From the NCBI RefSeq assembly GCF_009914755.1, contig NC_060929.1: DNA of 64,000 nucleotides. One strand, written 5' to 3'. The DNA comes from the human T2T-CHM13v2.0 reference genome, Homo sapiens. Under the pieces are notes generated by a model that saw only the letters and a program-made list of their open reading frames with translations, did no database searches and had not been told where the DNA came from. The position numbers were made by a program, and so were the translations under genes. This document shows, in pieces, positions 19,661-33,110 of this stretch. Position 1 is the first letter of the stretch. Every line of letters starts with the position of its first letter.

Positions 19661-19854
19661 CCTCCCCCTACCACCTCAATCCTCCAGCAATTATGGTAGA
19701 GTTCTACTGGAACAGGCAGCTGATCAACATATGTGGCCAGTTGATCACCTCTCAGCAACGCTGGGAAGGAAGGACACAAACCTGAGCCCTGTGTGTCAGG
19801 CAGCAGCCAGATATTTCCTGTACATTTTCTCCCCCAATTTCCCCAACTTACACT

Positions 19855-20065
19855 CCCTGGGTTCAGATCACAGCTCCAGCACTTGTTAGCGGTGTGGCCT
19901 TTTAGGCCAGTTTAACACTCCATCTGTGCCTCGGTTTCCTCAGGTATAAAATGAGAATAATGCTATGTCCTCTTTGTAGTGTGATGAGGTATAAATGAGC
20001 TAACCCACTAAAACATGTAACCCTGGGCTATAAGAACCCTTGCATATGAACTATTATTATCATTG
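19855..20065 (+). mobile_element. MIR
   Basis: CCTGGGTTCAGATCACAGCTCC...CTGTGCCTCGGTTTCCTCAGGTATAAAATGAG. Confidence 0.65.
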
Positions 20066-20260
20066 CTATTTCCCCTTATTTTATATGTGGGGAAGAATGT
20101 TCATAAAGATTAAGGGGGAACGCTCCTGAGATTGGAATCTAAGTTTGACTCCAAAGACCTTACTTTTTTGCTGCCTTCAGGTACCTTTGCACTTTTCTAC
20201 TCTCTGCTCTTTTTCCTCCTCCTTAACCCTTCTTGGTACAGGTAGCCCATTGCCCTTAAG

Positions 20261-20416
20261 CAGTGTTTTTGATCCTAGGCTGCCTGCATTAGAATTATCT
20301 GAAACCCACTCCCTATGGACCAAATCAGAATCTCTGGAGCTGAGGCCAAGGAATCTGCATTTTCATAAGCAACACAAATGATTCTCTTACACCCAGATAG
20401 AGGTCGAGAGGCACTG
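20261..20416. mobile_element. MER5A-type hAT-Charlie
   Basis: CAGTG...CACTG termini; AATCAGAATCTCTGG...GGAATCTGCATTTT core. Confidence 0.75.
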
Positions 20417-22174
20417 ACTCAGACTGTCCACTGGAGCAGCTGTCCTTGCCTGGGCCTGCCCGGCCCCTCCCACCTCCCCTTTCACCCAAGAAGTGCCCCA
20501 AAATTTTCTTGCTGCAAACCCGCCGTCCCATGCACATCCCCTATCTGCTATTTCCTGATTAGGAATACAAGGCCGATGTCAGCTCACTGTGGGGCTCCTT
20601 ATCTTTCCAATCCATTGTGAATAATGGCTTATTAAAGTAATGGCTTATTTTGCCTCAGCATCGGGCTGGCTCAAGTCAGAGCAGGGAAAGGGTGGGGGCA
20701 ATGGGGGAGGAGAGGCAATGGATTGGGCAACATAATTCCATGCACGAAACCCACCACGTACAAAGATGCAACAGTTATTCATCTAGAAACTTGCAAACTG
20801 CAGCAGGGTCAAGCCTACAAAAATGAGATAACGCGGAGCAGAGCAGGTAAGCACAAAAGGGCAGAAACTAAGTCAGTATTTTTATTAGAGCTTTATCTTA
20901 TCTCTCATGCACAGCAGATTCCTTCCAGAAAGGAGGCTTGTGTCAGTTACCATTTGCTTTCACTTAATCCAGCTTTGCAAATAACAGTCAACCACTCTCA
21001 CCTCCAATTCATGAGTCCACCAAAAAACTTTTGCTCAATGCTCTTTGAGGCTGCTATGACTGAATCTCAGAATGTGACCCCAAGGCAAACTACATTTCTG
21101 GCTTTCTTATCCTGATTTTTCTGTGGCCTAAATTTCTCCTTCAGTTGGACTTAATCTCTGGTTATGTAAACAGCTGGAGATATCATAATTCCTGAGGGGA
21201 TATCAAAGAGCTGTAATGAGTGGGGAAAGGAGTTGTGGGGGTGGGGAAAAATAGAAGAAAACGAGCATTAATTATTAAATGCGTAGGAGATTTTAAAAAT
21301 CACATACCATTTGGCACTTTTCCTCTCCACAGTGCTCTATCCCCATTAAATGGAAGGAGAGCCAGGCCTCTCATCATGGCAAATTTGCTTAATTATGTTT
21401 TCTGTCTCTCCTAAAGTGGGAAGGGCTTAAAAACTTGCTTCCTATGGTGGTCACCTTTGCTCTGAATGAGAATGCATTTGCCCTACCTAGAACATTGAGG
21501 CCATCTCATACTTTACAAACTGGATTTGGAACCACTTAACAAAAGGCAATATGCAAACACATGTGAATAAGATGAAATCAGCTAAGAAGTCCAGAATCCT
21601 GGGTATGATTTTATAATAGGACAGATACACCACTCTTGGCTTTATTTTGCTTGCTGGAGGAGAAGTTCAGGGACTGGATGTCAAAGGAGAGATAGGGTGA
21701 TAGAAATATAGAAGTTCATGAAGTGCCTCACCCTCCACAAGAGAGTGGGTCTGGATTTACCCACCTTCCATATCATTGAATTTCTGGAGTAGGGTTGATG
21801 TTACCATTACAACTTGTTATCACTCAGTGATTCAGGTAATGGGTGTTCTGATTGGAGGCTTGGAAATCCAGTCACTACAATCATAGGTGCTGCCTTCTTG
21901 CCACTCACATCCCAAGTAGGAATAGCCCAGGTGAGTTATGCCCCACACCCTCTCCTAGAAGCTGGGGGTTCACCCAATGTCAGAGGCCAAATCATCCTCA
22001 GATACCATCTGGTTGAACTTCCTAATTTTACAGATGCCAGTAGTCCAGTGTCACGATAATACAGTGAGTTGGTGGCTACATAGAAATAAGGATTTGGGTC
22101 CTGTGAATTTTGGTCCAGGAACTACCATTTTGCTCTTTAATAGTGTTTAAAGGACACAGAGGCATATTTTCTAA

Positions 22175-22494
<320 letters not shown>

Positions 22495-22569
22495 TAATCT
22501 TAAAAAGGAGAGAGAGGAAAGAGATAAGTGTAAGAAGGAAGGCATAGCTAATTAATTGGAGGGGGATGG

Positions 22570-22785
22570 TCTAAGTTCAAGCTTTGAAATGAAACATAGC
22601 TGGATCAGCCACTTAGTTGATGTGTGAACTTGGACATACACCTAAAGTTACTGAGTCTTAGCCCGCATCTTTTAAACTGAGATGGTAATAGTGCCTACTG
22701 CACAGGGTTAGGTAAGGATTAAAGAAGATAATGCACAGATCCTGGCACTGACAAAATGCTTAATAAATATTGGCTATTATTATAA
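22570..22785 (+). mobile_element. MIR
   Basis: TGTGTGAACTTGGAC...GTAAGGATTAAAGAAGATAATGCA...AATAAATATTGGCTATTATT. Confidence 0.65.
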
Positions 22786-24558
22786 CTCCAGTGCAGACAC
22801 CCAAGGACTTGGATAGACTGCCAAGAAATCAGTCCTGAGGGGGCCTGTCCTTCAGCCAAACTTCCTCCCTTCCAGCTCCTCTCTTCCAGCCTGGGCTGCT
22901 ATGCTGCCCACATCCTCCACTCTACTCCTCCAAATAAGTGGCAATCATGACATTTTTAGTATCCAGCTTCACACACAGATCTTTCCAGCAGAGTAACAGG
23001 GTATTGACTAAAAATAAAGATGTAAAAGGACCAGGGATAAAGGGAATTGGTAAGGAAATGAGAAAAGAGAAAGGAAGGAGAGCTATGAAGAGATTCCTTC
23101 CATCTTTGATCACAGTGCTGGATCATGTATAGGGAATGTGAAGTACAATCAGTATACCATTTCTCCACGGAAGTTACACTGCTAGCAAAATGAATGCTCA
23201 TCACTTTTCTCCTACCCTGCCTAAATAATTGAATACTGTGGATTACTGTGCAAGTTTCTCCATGCCCTAAAACCATGAAAACCGTGTCCTATAAAAAGCT
23301 GGTTTCAGTGGCATTCTAGTCACTGACTCTCTGCTCAGGACTGTACGAAGATAATATTTATCAAGATGACTGACTCAACAATGGTCAAATAATATTCAAT
23401 ATAGTTTTAATGAGAAAAACATGTGATCATATTCTGAGTCGGAAAGTCAGCACCACATCTTTAGCACATATTAACCAGAACATCTTATTTCCTGGCTGTA
23501 TCAGAACAGACAACTTGCTCTCTCTTCAGTCGGAGCTGCAGTTTTCCTTTTACATCTCCATTTGTCTTCTTGTGGAATATGGGCCTGAAAGGACAACAGG
23601 GTCACTTTTTCCTAAGACAGTATATGTTTTGCAGAGTGTATCTCTGATGCTGGCACCACCCAGCAGCTGGAGACCTAGGTGCCGGGAGTCTGAAGTTCTA
23701 ACGTTGCATTTCAAACCCCAAAGTTCAGTGGATCTTCATCTTAGTTGCAGAGAAGTCATTATCTTCATTTTTTTTTTTTCTGGATGCAATAGTTGCCCCC
23801 TGCCAGACATGAGAACAAACAGAATGTGTTCTGTCTTTTCCAAGATTGCTTCATCAGCATGTATTTTCCACTAAAGCTTTTCAGTATTTGACTTACACAT
23901 TTATGAACACCCCCAAATGGACTGTTAGGGTTTGGTTTAATCCCCAAGAAAAGTGGCATTAAAATAGATCTTTTCCCAGCAATAATAATCTAATTTATGA
24001 TAAAGTATTCTATTCTCAGTACCTTTGAGACACATGAGAGCTTTTATGTAATAAAAAAGCCATTTATTTCTGAATATTTTAATGCATGTTTCCATATTTT
24101 TCTCATTTTTAATGCAAGGGCCGTTGACAGTATTGTAAGAGAATGTCTTTTAAAAGCAACTTTACGGCAAATGTTCCAGTGAAATGGATGGCAGCGTGCA
24201 TCGTTGCAGAGCTGTATTGCTGAATGGAGCAGGGCAGAGATGTTTTAATTCACATTTATGTGCATAAAAGGGTAACCTCTACAGAGAGAGACAATGTTAT
24301 TCAGTAAATTGATAAGATATAGTAGACTTGGCTTCAGTTTGGGGCTCCATCCTTTGATTTGCTGTACTTACTTAGTTATTGCTGTGTCTCCTCTGCCATG
24401 TCTGAAATACAGAAGGAACACATGCTGGAGAAGGCTATGACAACTATTGGGGAAAAGAAAGTAAGTCAGAACCTTAGGTGTGAACTGGAAAGACAGGCTA
24501 TTTTAAAAGGACAGAGAATCAAGGAGCAAACAGAGCGTCTTTGGACAGAAATTAGACT

Positions 24559-24858
<300 letters not shown>

Positions 24859-25226
24859 TAAGCTTTCATTTCCAGAGCTGTTCATTTGGATGGATGCCCA
24901 CCATCTAAAAAGCTACTAGGATAATGGTTGTTGACTGGGAAGGTAGAAGCAGGGTCTGGAAGTGGGAACAGTGTCTGAATCAAAATACACACATCCCTGG
25001 TTCTGTGATTTTAAAGCCATCTTGAGAAATCTCAGAAGTGTAATTCTGATACTCTCCCTGATCAAGAGCCACTGCAGTAGTATGAGTATGAGATTTAACC
25101 TCAATCATATGTGCTTACAAGAGATACGAAAATGCATATTTGACATGAACAGAACCACACTTCTGAGATAAGAAGCCAACTTTTCACGGATGTCTTACTG
25201 ATGCTTTTTGATAAAATGCTCCGTGC

Positions 25227-25527
25227 TTTTTTTTTTTTTTTTTTGAGATGGGGTCTCACTCTGTTGCCAAGGCTGGAGAGCAGTGGCACAATCATGGTTC
25301 ACTGCAGCCTCAACTTCCCTGGACTCAGGTGATCCTCCCGCCTCAGTCTCCCAAGTAGCTGGGACTACAGGCACACACCACCACACCCAAATAATATTTG
25401 TATTTTTTGTAGAGACAGAGTCTCGCCATGTTGCTTGGGCTGGTCTCAAACTCCTGGGCTCAAGTGATCTGCCTGCCTTGGCCTCCCAAAGTCCTAGGAT
25501 TATAGGCATGAGCTACTGCACCCAGCC
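25227..25527 (-). mobile_element. AluJ
   Basis: ATCATGGTTCACTGCAGCCTCAAC and CTCCTGGGCTCAAG AluJ diagnostics. Confidence 0.92.
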
Positions 25528-26059
25528 ACTCTGTGGTTTTAATGGACATTGATAACAGCCCTCTGTAAGACAAAATCATGATCCAAAGTCAGACACTGGA
25601 TACCTCATAAAAGGGCTGGGTGAAGAGTCTGCAGAGCAGGGATCTCATTTTAGTTCTGGACAGATGAGCTATTCTGGCCTTGTGGATGTTGCCTAAGCCA
25701 CTCTAAATATGGTATCTAGGTCTCTCAGCTTCCCTCAAGCAGATGGAAAAGGGTGAACAAAAATATCAAGAGAAGAGGGAAAGGATAAGTTAGTATCGGG
25801 ATGATGTAGGGAGAATAAAAGCTAGAAGGAAGTAGTAACACTGGCATTGCCGCCTGCTCAGGGCCAGGCACTGTGTTGAGTACTCACACCATTAGAATGG
25901 AGACTTCTAACAGGGAATACAATGGAGATAAAGGAAAGAAGACTTGGAGAAAAGCCAGAATTAAAAGGGAATCCATTTTACACTTTCTAACCTCAAGATT
26001 TCAAAAACTAAAAACTGAACAGGTGTTTTATGACTAGTGAAAGCTAGTACTCACTGTGC

Positions 26060-26250
26060 CCTTAACTGTACTGTGTTTTACATGCATCAGCTCACTGGAT
26101 CCTATGAAAAGCCATATTAGGCAGGCATTATTATTATACTGTGGTGCTGACATAGAAACCAAGCCTTGGAGAGTTTAGATAACCTGCTAAATGTTCACTC
26201 CTGTTGGGTGATGGTGCTGGGACTTGAAGCTGAGGAGTTCAGGTCTGTTG
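26060..26250 (-). mobile_element. MIR
   Basis: GAAACCAAGCCTTGGAGAGTTTAGATAACCTGC. Confidence 0.55.
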
Positions 26251-26514
26251 TGTGGACTCTGCTCTGCTAGTAGCTGAAGGTTACTGGTGTGGACTCTGCT
26301 ACTGGGCTGCTCAAAATGCTTCAAGGGTTCTGATCTTAGAAAGTCTCTTGGAGGTTTGGGGAGAAGATAAGAGGTTGGGCTGGCTCCCAACCAAAAGCCT
26401 TGGAGACACTTTCAAGATAGTCTGGGAGCTGGGACCACAAACAACGTAGATGAAAACAGGTAGCTGGGGGCTGAGGATGCACAGCTGGGTGACGGGGTAA
26501 GAAATCCTGCTACA

Positions 26515-26725
26515 TTATAGCTACTGGGAGCATGGCCTTGGGAGGTCGACTTCCTGGGTTTGAATCTCACCTTAACCACTTCCTAATGGTGAATTCATGG
26601 ACACAGATATGAAATGGGCTAATACTAGTAGCTGCCTCAAAGGGCTGTGCGAATTAAATGAGATATATAGAAAGTGCTTAGTAAGTATACATAGTGAGCC
26701 CAGCAATAAATATTTGCTGTTATTT
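26515..26725 (+). mobile_element. MIR
   Basis: CCTGGGTTTGAATCTC...ATTAAATGAGATAT...AAAGTGCTTAG. Confidence 0.65.
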
Positions 26726-26898
26726 CAGTAAACGAGTTTTTGGATGAAGCTCTCAAGTCTTTCTGTCACCCTCATTGCTGCCTGCTTCCTACAAGTATGG
26801 TGAATTGGCATGTTTGGAGTGTGTGATATGTGGACCCACTCGTGAGCAAGCCAGCTTTGCCCTGTGGGAGAAGGAATACATGTCAAAGGAATAATGCT

Positions 26899-27260
<362 letters not shown>

Positions 27261-28334
27261 TCACAGCTACTAAGCATCTCCTGAATGCTTGCCAACACAA
27301 AATGTTGGGGTCAGCTTGACCTCCCTTTGCCCATGGTGAAGAAAGAGCACCTTTCTTGAGAGGAGGACTCTCCCCCAGGACACCACCCTGTGGGCATGGC
27401 ATGAATGGTCTGGTATGGCAGGATGGACCAGCAGTGTACCTAAGAATGCCTGTCCCAGGTGGGCTGGCTGGAACAGTACAAAGGGTAGAGGCAGGATTGG
27501 AGAGCCTCTGCTCATCATGGCCAAAGAGTGGGCAGGTCGCAGAGGAAGAGCACAGGGAGCTTCTTTGGCCTCCTAAATAGAAACTGCTTCTACTTGCAAT
27601 TAATTCATCCTTACTGCTCAGTCTTTGGAATGGACGTTTAGAAGCCAGAGATACTTGAGGGTGATTTTCCCAGACTTGGTGCATCTCCTAGGAGGTGATC
27701 CTGGTTGGAGGTCAGGCCAAAACGACTACTGGGAAGTGAATTCTATCATGACCAGTGGGAGCCAAGGAAGCACTTCAGAATGAGAGCACTCTGTTGTTTT
27801 GTGGCATGAGGGAACAGTCAAGTAGGGTTGATTTGGGGCTGGAATTAAAGAGAAAGGAGGTTTGGGACCAGACCTTGTAAGATGGTCTCCCTTTTTTCCT
27901 GTTTCTCAATCATAGATTACATGTTACAAACAGCCTGGACTCTGAGACTTGGAGCAGAGGAAAGCAGGTCCCTGGATATTCCTGGCAAGAATTATAATAA
28001 CTCACAGAGGAAGAGATTTTGTATCACAACAGGGAGTCTCAAATTAGTCAAAGACTTGGAATGGTTTTCTGATAAATGAAATGTAATCAATTATGGTGAC
28101 TTCTTTTGGGAATTTTATTGACTTCTTCCTTCCTCCTTGTTTACTTTGGATTGCCACTTGGGTCAAGTGTGAAGTTGTTGATCTTACCCCATCAGCCTGG
28201 AATATGTGTGAGCACATCCATGGCCATGACACAGAACACAAATGGCCTGATATAAAATGTGGTGCTAAGTATACCAAATAGCCAAAGAGGTACAAACTGA
28301 CAGTCATCTTGAGCTAATAGGAAGTGATATTTTA

Positions 28335-28381
28335 TTTTTTATTTTATTTTATTTTATTTTTTATTTTATTTATTTTTTTTT
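28335..28381 (-). mobile_element. Poly(A)-only retrotransposition insertion
   Basis: 47-bp T-rich tract between perfect 15-bp direct repeats GGAAGTGATATTTTA (28320-28334, 28382-28396). Confidence 0.8.
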
Positions 28382-28409
28382 GGAAGTGATATTTTAAGTG
28401 ACGGTTTGA

Positions 28410-28650
28410 AAAAGAATATGGCAGCACTAAATGTTGAAGCAACCACAACTCTCCTTTATGGCTGGTGGGAATGTAAATAAATGAGAGCACTTTAGAAAAC
28501 TGTTTGGCCATTTCTCCTAAGGTTGAACATGTGAATACCTTATGTTCCAGCAATTCCAGTCCTATGGCGTGTATCTGACAGAAATATATACACGTGCACA
28601 AGAGAGATGTACAAGAATGTTCATAGCTACACTATTCAAAAAAGCCAGTA
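28410..28650 (+). mobile_element. Old L1M (L1ME-like) fragment
   Basis: GCTGGTGGGAATGTAAA...CACTTTAGAAAACTGTTTGGC...CCAGCAATTCCA...TACAAGAATGTTCATAGC. Confidence 0.75.
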
Positions 28651-28944
28651 TATAGACACCTGTTTTGCACAGCTTCAAAATCATCCTGTCCTGATTTTTG
28701 CAGGCATTTGTTTCTTGCAAGTGTAGTCAGTGATGCCTTGCCTGGGGCCTGCACCATACTGATTTCCTGCAGTGCAGCTTCTTTGACTTGGGATTTTCCA
28801 GGGCAACTCATGTATGTGCAATCTAGAACAAGAGAATTTTGCTGGTGGCATCATCCTTGACCAATGGGGGGCAGGAGCAGATGGACAATGGACAAATGTT
28901 TCCATTGTCCATGTTTCCATGGTAACATGGCTGGTGGTAACATG

Positions 28945-29067
28945 GCTGGTGTAAATGATCCTATGGCTGATTTCAAGCTACCATTTAACACGTGGCCCAC
29001 AGCATTTCTGAATACTTTATCATTGGCTCTTGTGAGCCAGTATGATCTGGCTCAGCACACCACCTGC
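28945..29067 (-). mobile_element. MER63-like hAT-Blackjack fragment
   Basis: Reverse strand GTGGTGTGCTGAGCCAGATCATACTGGCTCACAAGAGCCAAT...GGTAGCTTGAAATCAGCCAT. Confidence 0.6.
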
Positions 29068-29094
29068 TCTAACCAATAGCTGCCATGTGAGAAA

Positions 29095-29305
29095 GTGGTT
29101 CCAGTGTGTCCTCATCTTGGATTTTTTTTCAAGGGGAGCCAGAAATCTGGATTTGCATGTGAAAACTCCTGATTTTTAAATTGTATCAGCTAGTTCAAAT
29201 TTTTCAAAATCACTTGACAAACCAAGAAAAAAAAAACCCAACTACATCTGCAAACTAGATTTAGCCTATAAAATGCCAGTTGTTTTTTTTTTTTTACCTT
29301 TGATG
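29095..29305 (+). mobile_element. MER103-like hAT-Charlie
   Basis: GCCAGAAATCTGGATTTGCATGTGAAAACTCCTGATTTTTAAA. Confidence 0.7.
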
Positions 29306-30434
29306 TACAGACTAAACCTTTTGAAGAGGGTCTGTCAGCCTCAGTGACGAAGCACAGTTTTTTGCGTAGACAGAGTTCAGGACTTAATCTGCATGGCCAT
29401 ATGGTGTGATGAACTCAGTCTTAACTGGGGATTGAGTGACTTGGGTTCTAGTTTCAGTTTTCTATGAAAATTACTTTACTTACCTGGGCCTCAGTTTCCC
29501 CATATGCATTAAGATACCTTCTGAAGAAGTTCTTCTCATATCAGAACACCTAGGATTGTATATTGAGCATAAAAGTACGTTAGGTGCTTCTTTGGGACTA
29601 GACAAACTCCTCAGCGGGCAGGGAGAATTGAGGGATGCTGGTTGTGGGACAGAGATTCCAGGCTTGTAGGCTGCAGCTGTCTCTCCTTCCACTCCCTTCA
29701 CTCATAAAAGAGAAGCTGTGGCTTTCCCCAAGCCATCGTTCTAACAATATCCATTTGCCTGCTGGGGAAGTCCAGGCCTGATGCTTTGTGGTCCTCAGGC
29801 TTCTTGAGAAAAAGTCCACTTTCTTAAAATAAAGCATGATGTGGCAGGGAGACTTCAGCCCTGGCGTTTGTTACCCTGGGCTTATGATGTGGCTCTGCCA
29901 CTTCTTAACTAGGAACTTCATCTTCACTTTTGTCATAGGACTTCCTGCCTCATGGGAATTGTGACAAGAAGCATCCACTGTTTCAAGTGTCTAACATGGC
30001 CTCTGGCATATAGTGTGAAATGAACACTAATTACTACCATCCTTGTGATTTATTAAGGCATTCACCTGTTGAGAAGTGCTGGGTAGCCAGCAGCCCAAAT
30101 ATTCATTAAAATTTGATCTTATGTCTCCTTGTGTTTAATTTGGTTTAGTTTACTCTGTTATTTTAGAGATTCTGCCAGCATTAATATTTCTGCAAGATCC
30201 AGACAGGTCTGGACACAGAAATTTTGATCTAATCCAAATTTGTGGGCTCAGGAATGCTTCTAGTGAGAGATGCTACTATATATTCTGCTGAAGAAGATTC
30301 ACATACCAGGAAGAAGAAGATTTCAACTTTGATTATTTGAAGAGGCAACGAAGTAGTCTAATCTGTGCTATTAATTTGTTTAAAGATAACATGTGCAAGT
30401 TCCCTAAAGACAGCATAAGTAACTATATATTAGA

Positions 30435-30555
30435 GTCTGAGACAAAGGGAAAAAGTCAGTAATACTGATCTTGTCTTTATTTAAAATTTTGATATTTTGT
30501 TCATTCATCATGGATTTTTGCATTAATTTTGATTTATAAAATGTTGCATTTAACT
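30435..30555. mobile_element. hAT-type DNA transposon fragment
   Basis: TTTATTTAAAATTTTGATATTTTGTTC...CATGGATTTTTGCATTAATTTTGATTT; subfamily uncertain. Confidence 0.5.
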
Positions 30556-30557
30556 CG

Positions 30558-30902
<345 letters not shown>

Positions 30903-31111
30903 TAAGCAGCTTGATATATGACTAGGCTTCTCTGGGATTGTGTTTCTTTGATTTTAAAATAAAATATAAGTACATTTATACTTTTTGCAAAAGCATTTTT
31001 GAATACCTAAATCCTTTCTAAAATTATTACATGAAAATTTCATTTTAATTACTGAAGTTTGGGTGTTTTTTGTTTTGTTTTGTTTTGTTTTTGCATCGCC
31101 TATAAGTACAA

Positions 31112-31575
31112 AGACAATTAGTAAGAGTTTTTGGTTGCAAACAACAGAATTCACTGTAGCTACTTCAATTGTAGTCACTGAACTGTATTGGTTTTTACAC
31201 AGAGTTGGACAATCAGGCTTGGAGGCTACTGAGCTGGGTAGAATACCTCAATTATTGCTCCAGGAGAGTCTCTGCTGTTACAGCACAGCAGGGGAACTAC
31301 CACTGGAACCACCACAACCTTTGTCTCTGCAAACTAAGTGTCTCTCTGTCACCCTCATCAGAATTCCTCCACTCCGCACTCTTTCTTCCACAAGGCTCTC
31401 CTACAATCAAAGTCTGGCATGGTCTATCTGAGGAGGCCAGGGCCATGCTTGTGTCCAGCTATAGACAACTTAGGAAAGTGAGTTTCTGGTTTCTTCCTGG
31501 AGAAGTGGGATTCATAAATCTGGAAATCTTCAAACCAGGGAAGGGTACTGAGAAAGTGCTGGCAGCTGGATGACT
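31112..31575 (-). mobile_element. Old MLT1-type LTR (MLT1M/N-like)
   Basis: TTGGTTGCAAACAACAGAA start typical of antisense old MLT1. Confidence 0.5.
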
Positions 31576-32419
31576 AGGGTTCATATGAGTACATTTTTTT
31601 CTGGATAACTTTGCAGGGTCCCACATATAATTGTGCAAGTGGTACAATATATACAGGCCCCATTGTAGTGGGGTGGTTTCTGCCAGCTCAGGCAGCATCA
31701 TGGGCATGTGTGCAAATATGAGGACAAGGGACTAAATGTACACGTGGAGAATCATTCTCCTCTTCCCTGAAATCACATTCATACTTCAAGCCACCCCTTT
31801 CCCCTGCCCCTCCTGGGAGAAAGTTGGAAGCAAAAGTGTTTGTGAAGATTCAGGCTGAGATACTTACTTCTGGTGTCCCCATCGCTCACTTGAACCCATA
31901 GATATCCCCCATTTCCTTACCGTAATCTGCTAATAACATGACTGTCCTGCCCCACGGGATGCTCTCTGGTCTCATTAAGTCTGAAAATGCTTGGGAAATG
32001 CATCTGCCAAGGACTACAGCCAACTGTCATTATTATCATCTGCTTACAGACACTCTCCCAGGCAGCAAAATATTTTCAAGCTCTAAAATCCCGGCCCTAG
32101 CCCGTCCCTTTATTTTCATCTTACCTAGCCTGCGTAGATTATCTGAAGGACACACAGACTCAAAATCAATGTCCCATCTGTCTCTTGTTTACAGCTTATC
32201 AGGTGTTGTGAAATGAAACAGTGAAATCCCTGGGAGCATTTCCTCTTCTGAACTGATTTAACTTTAGCTCTCTGAAGCTTTCTCCTCCTTTGGCTTCTGA
32301 GAATGGTGTGCTGGTCTGAGAAGCAAGAACTTTTCATTGGCATAGCTATTAATAGTGACTAATATGGACTTCTTGTGCCTTGCTCCAGTTTGAAATTTAT
32401 AAGGATGGCTGCCTCATTG

Positions 32420-32462
32420 CGTGTGTGTGTGTGTGTGTGTCTGTGTGTGTGTGTTTGTGTGT
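32420..32462. repeat. (TG)n microsatellite
   Basis: Seen directly. Confidence 0.9.
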
Positions 32463-32615
32463 AATTGCTTTGCTCCTTCTTTTGCATGTGAGTAGATCAA
32501 TCTTAAGGATCAGGACTCATCTCTGTCTCCCCACAACAATGCCTCCAAAAGGGGGGGGGTTCATGACTGTTTCAAAAATAACTTATATTTTTTATGCATG
32601 AATCTTCTTTGCTCT

Positions 32616-32692
32616 TTCCTTCCTTCCTTCCTTCCTTCCTTCCTTCCTTCCTTCCTTCCTTCCTTCCTTCCTTCCTTCTTTCCTTCCTTCCT
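32616..32692. repeat. (TTCC)n / (GGAA)n microsatellite
   Basis: About 15 uninterrupted units plus degenerate units. Confidence 0.95.
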
Positions 32693-32952
32693 TTCTCTTC
32701 CCTCTCTCCAATCTGTTTCCTCTTTGTCTCCCTTTGCCTCATCCATGCCCCATTCTTTCTCTCCCAACTCCAGGATTGTGTGACTTTTTTCTCTGACCTT
32801 TTATCCTCACTGCTTCTTTGGCTATGATTTGAATCTGGGTCACTAGAATAAGCGTGTCCTTCCTTTCTCTGTAGACTATACAGGTTGACTGCTTTGTAGA
32901 TTTTGGCATTTTGTAGGACATCATATGAATGCAATTTTTCTGGATAACTTAG

Positions 32953-33110
32953 CAGGGGCCCACATATAGTTGTGCAAATTGTACACTGCACACAGACCTC
33001 TACCGAGTGAGCGAATGGGGCAAAACTCTAACCCATGCTACTGTCCCCAAGCTGTGTATCCTGGGAAAGTGCTACATCCACTGAAGGAAAAGTCATGCTT
33101 TTGTAATTTG
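32953..33110 (+). mobile_element. MER91A-like hAT-Tip100
   Basis: CAGGGG...AGTTGTGCAAATTGTACACTGCAC...CCAAGCTGTGTATCCTGG...CATCCAC...TAATTTG follows MER91A as recalled. Confidence 0.65.

Noticed and set aside
24412-24466. Possible 49-nt plus-strand exon (TACAG...AAA|GTAAGT)
   Set aside because: Splice-like pairs are frequent by chance and no partner exons are evident
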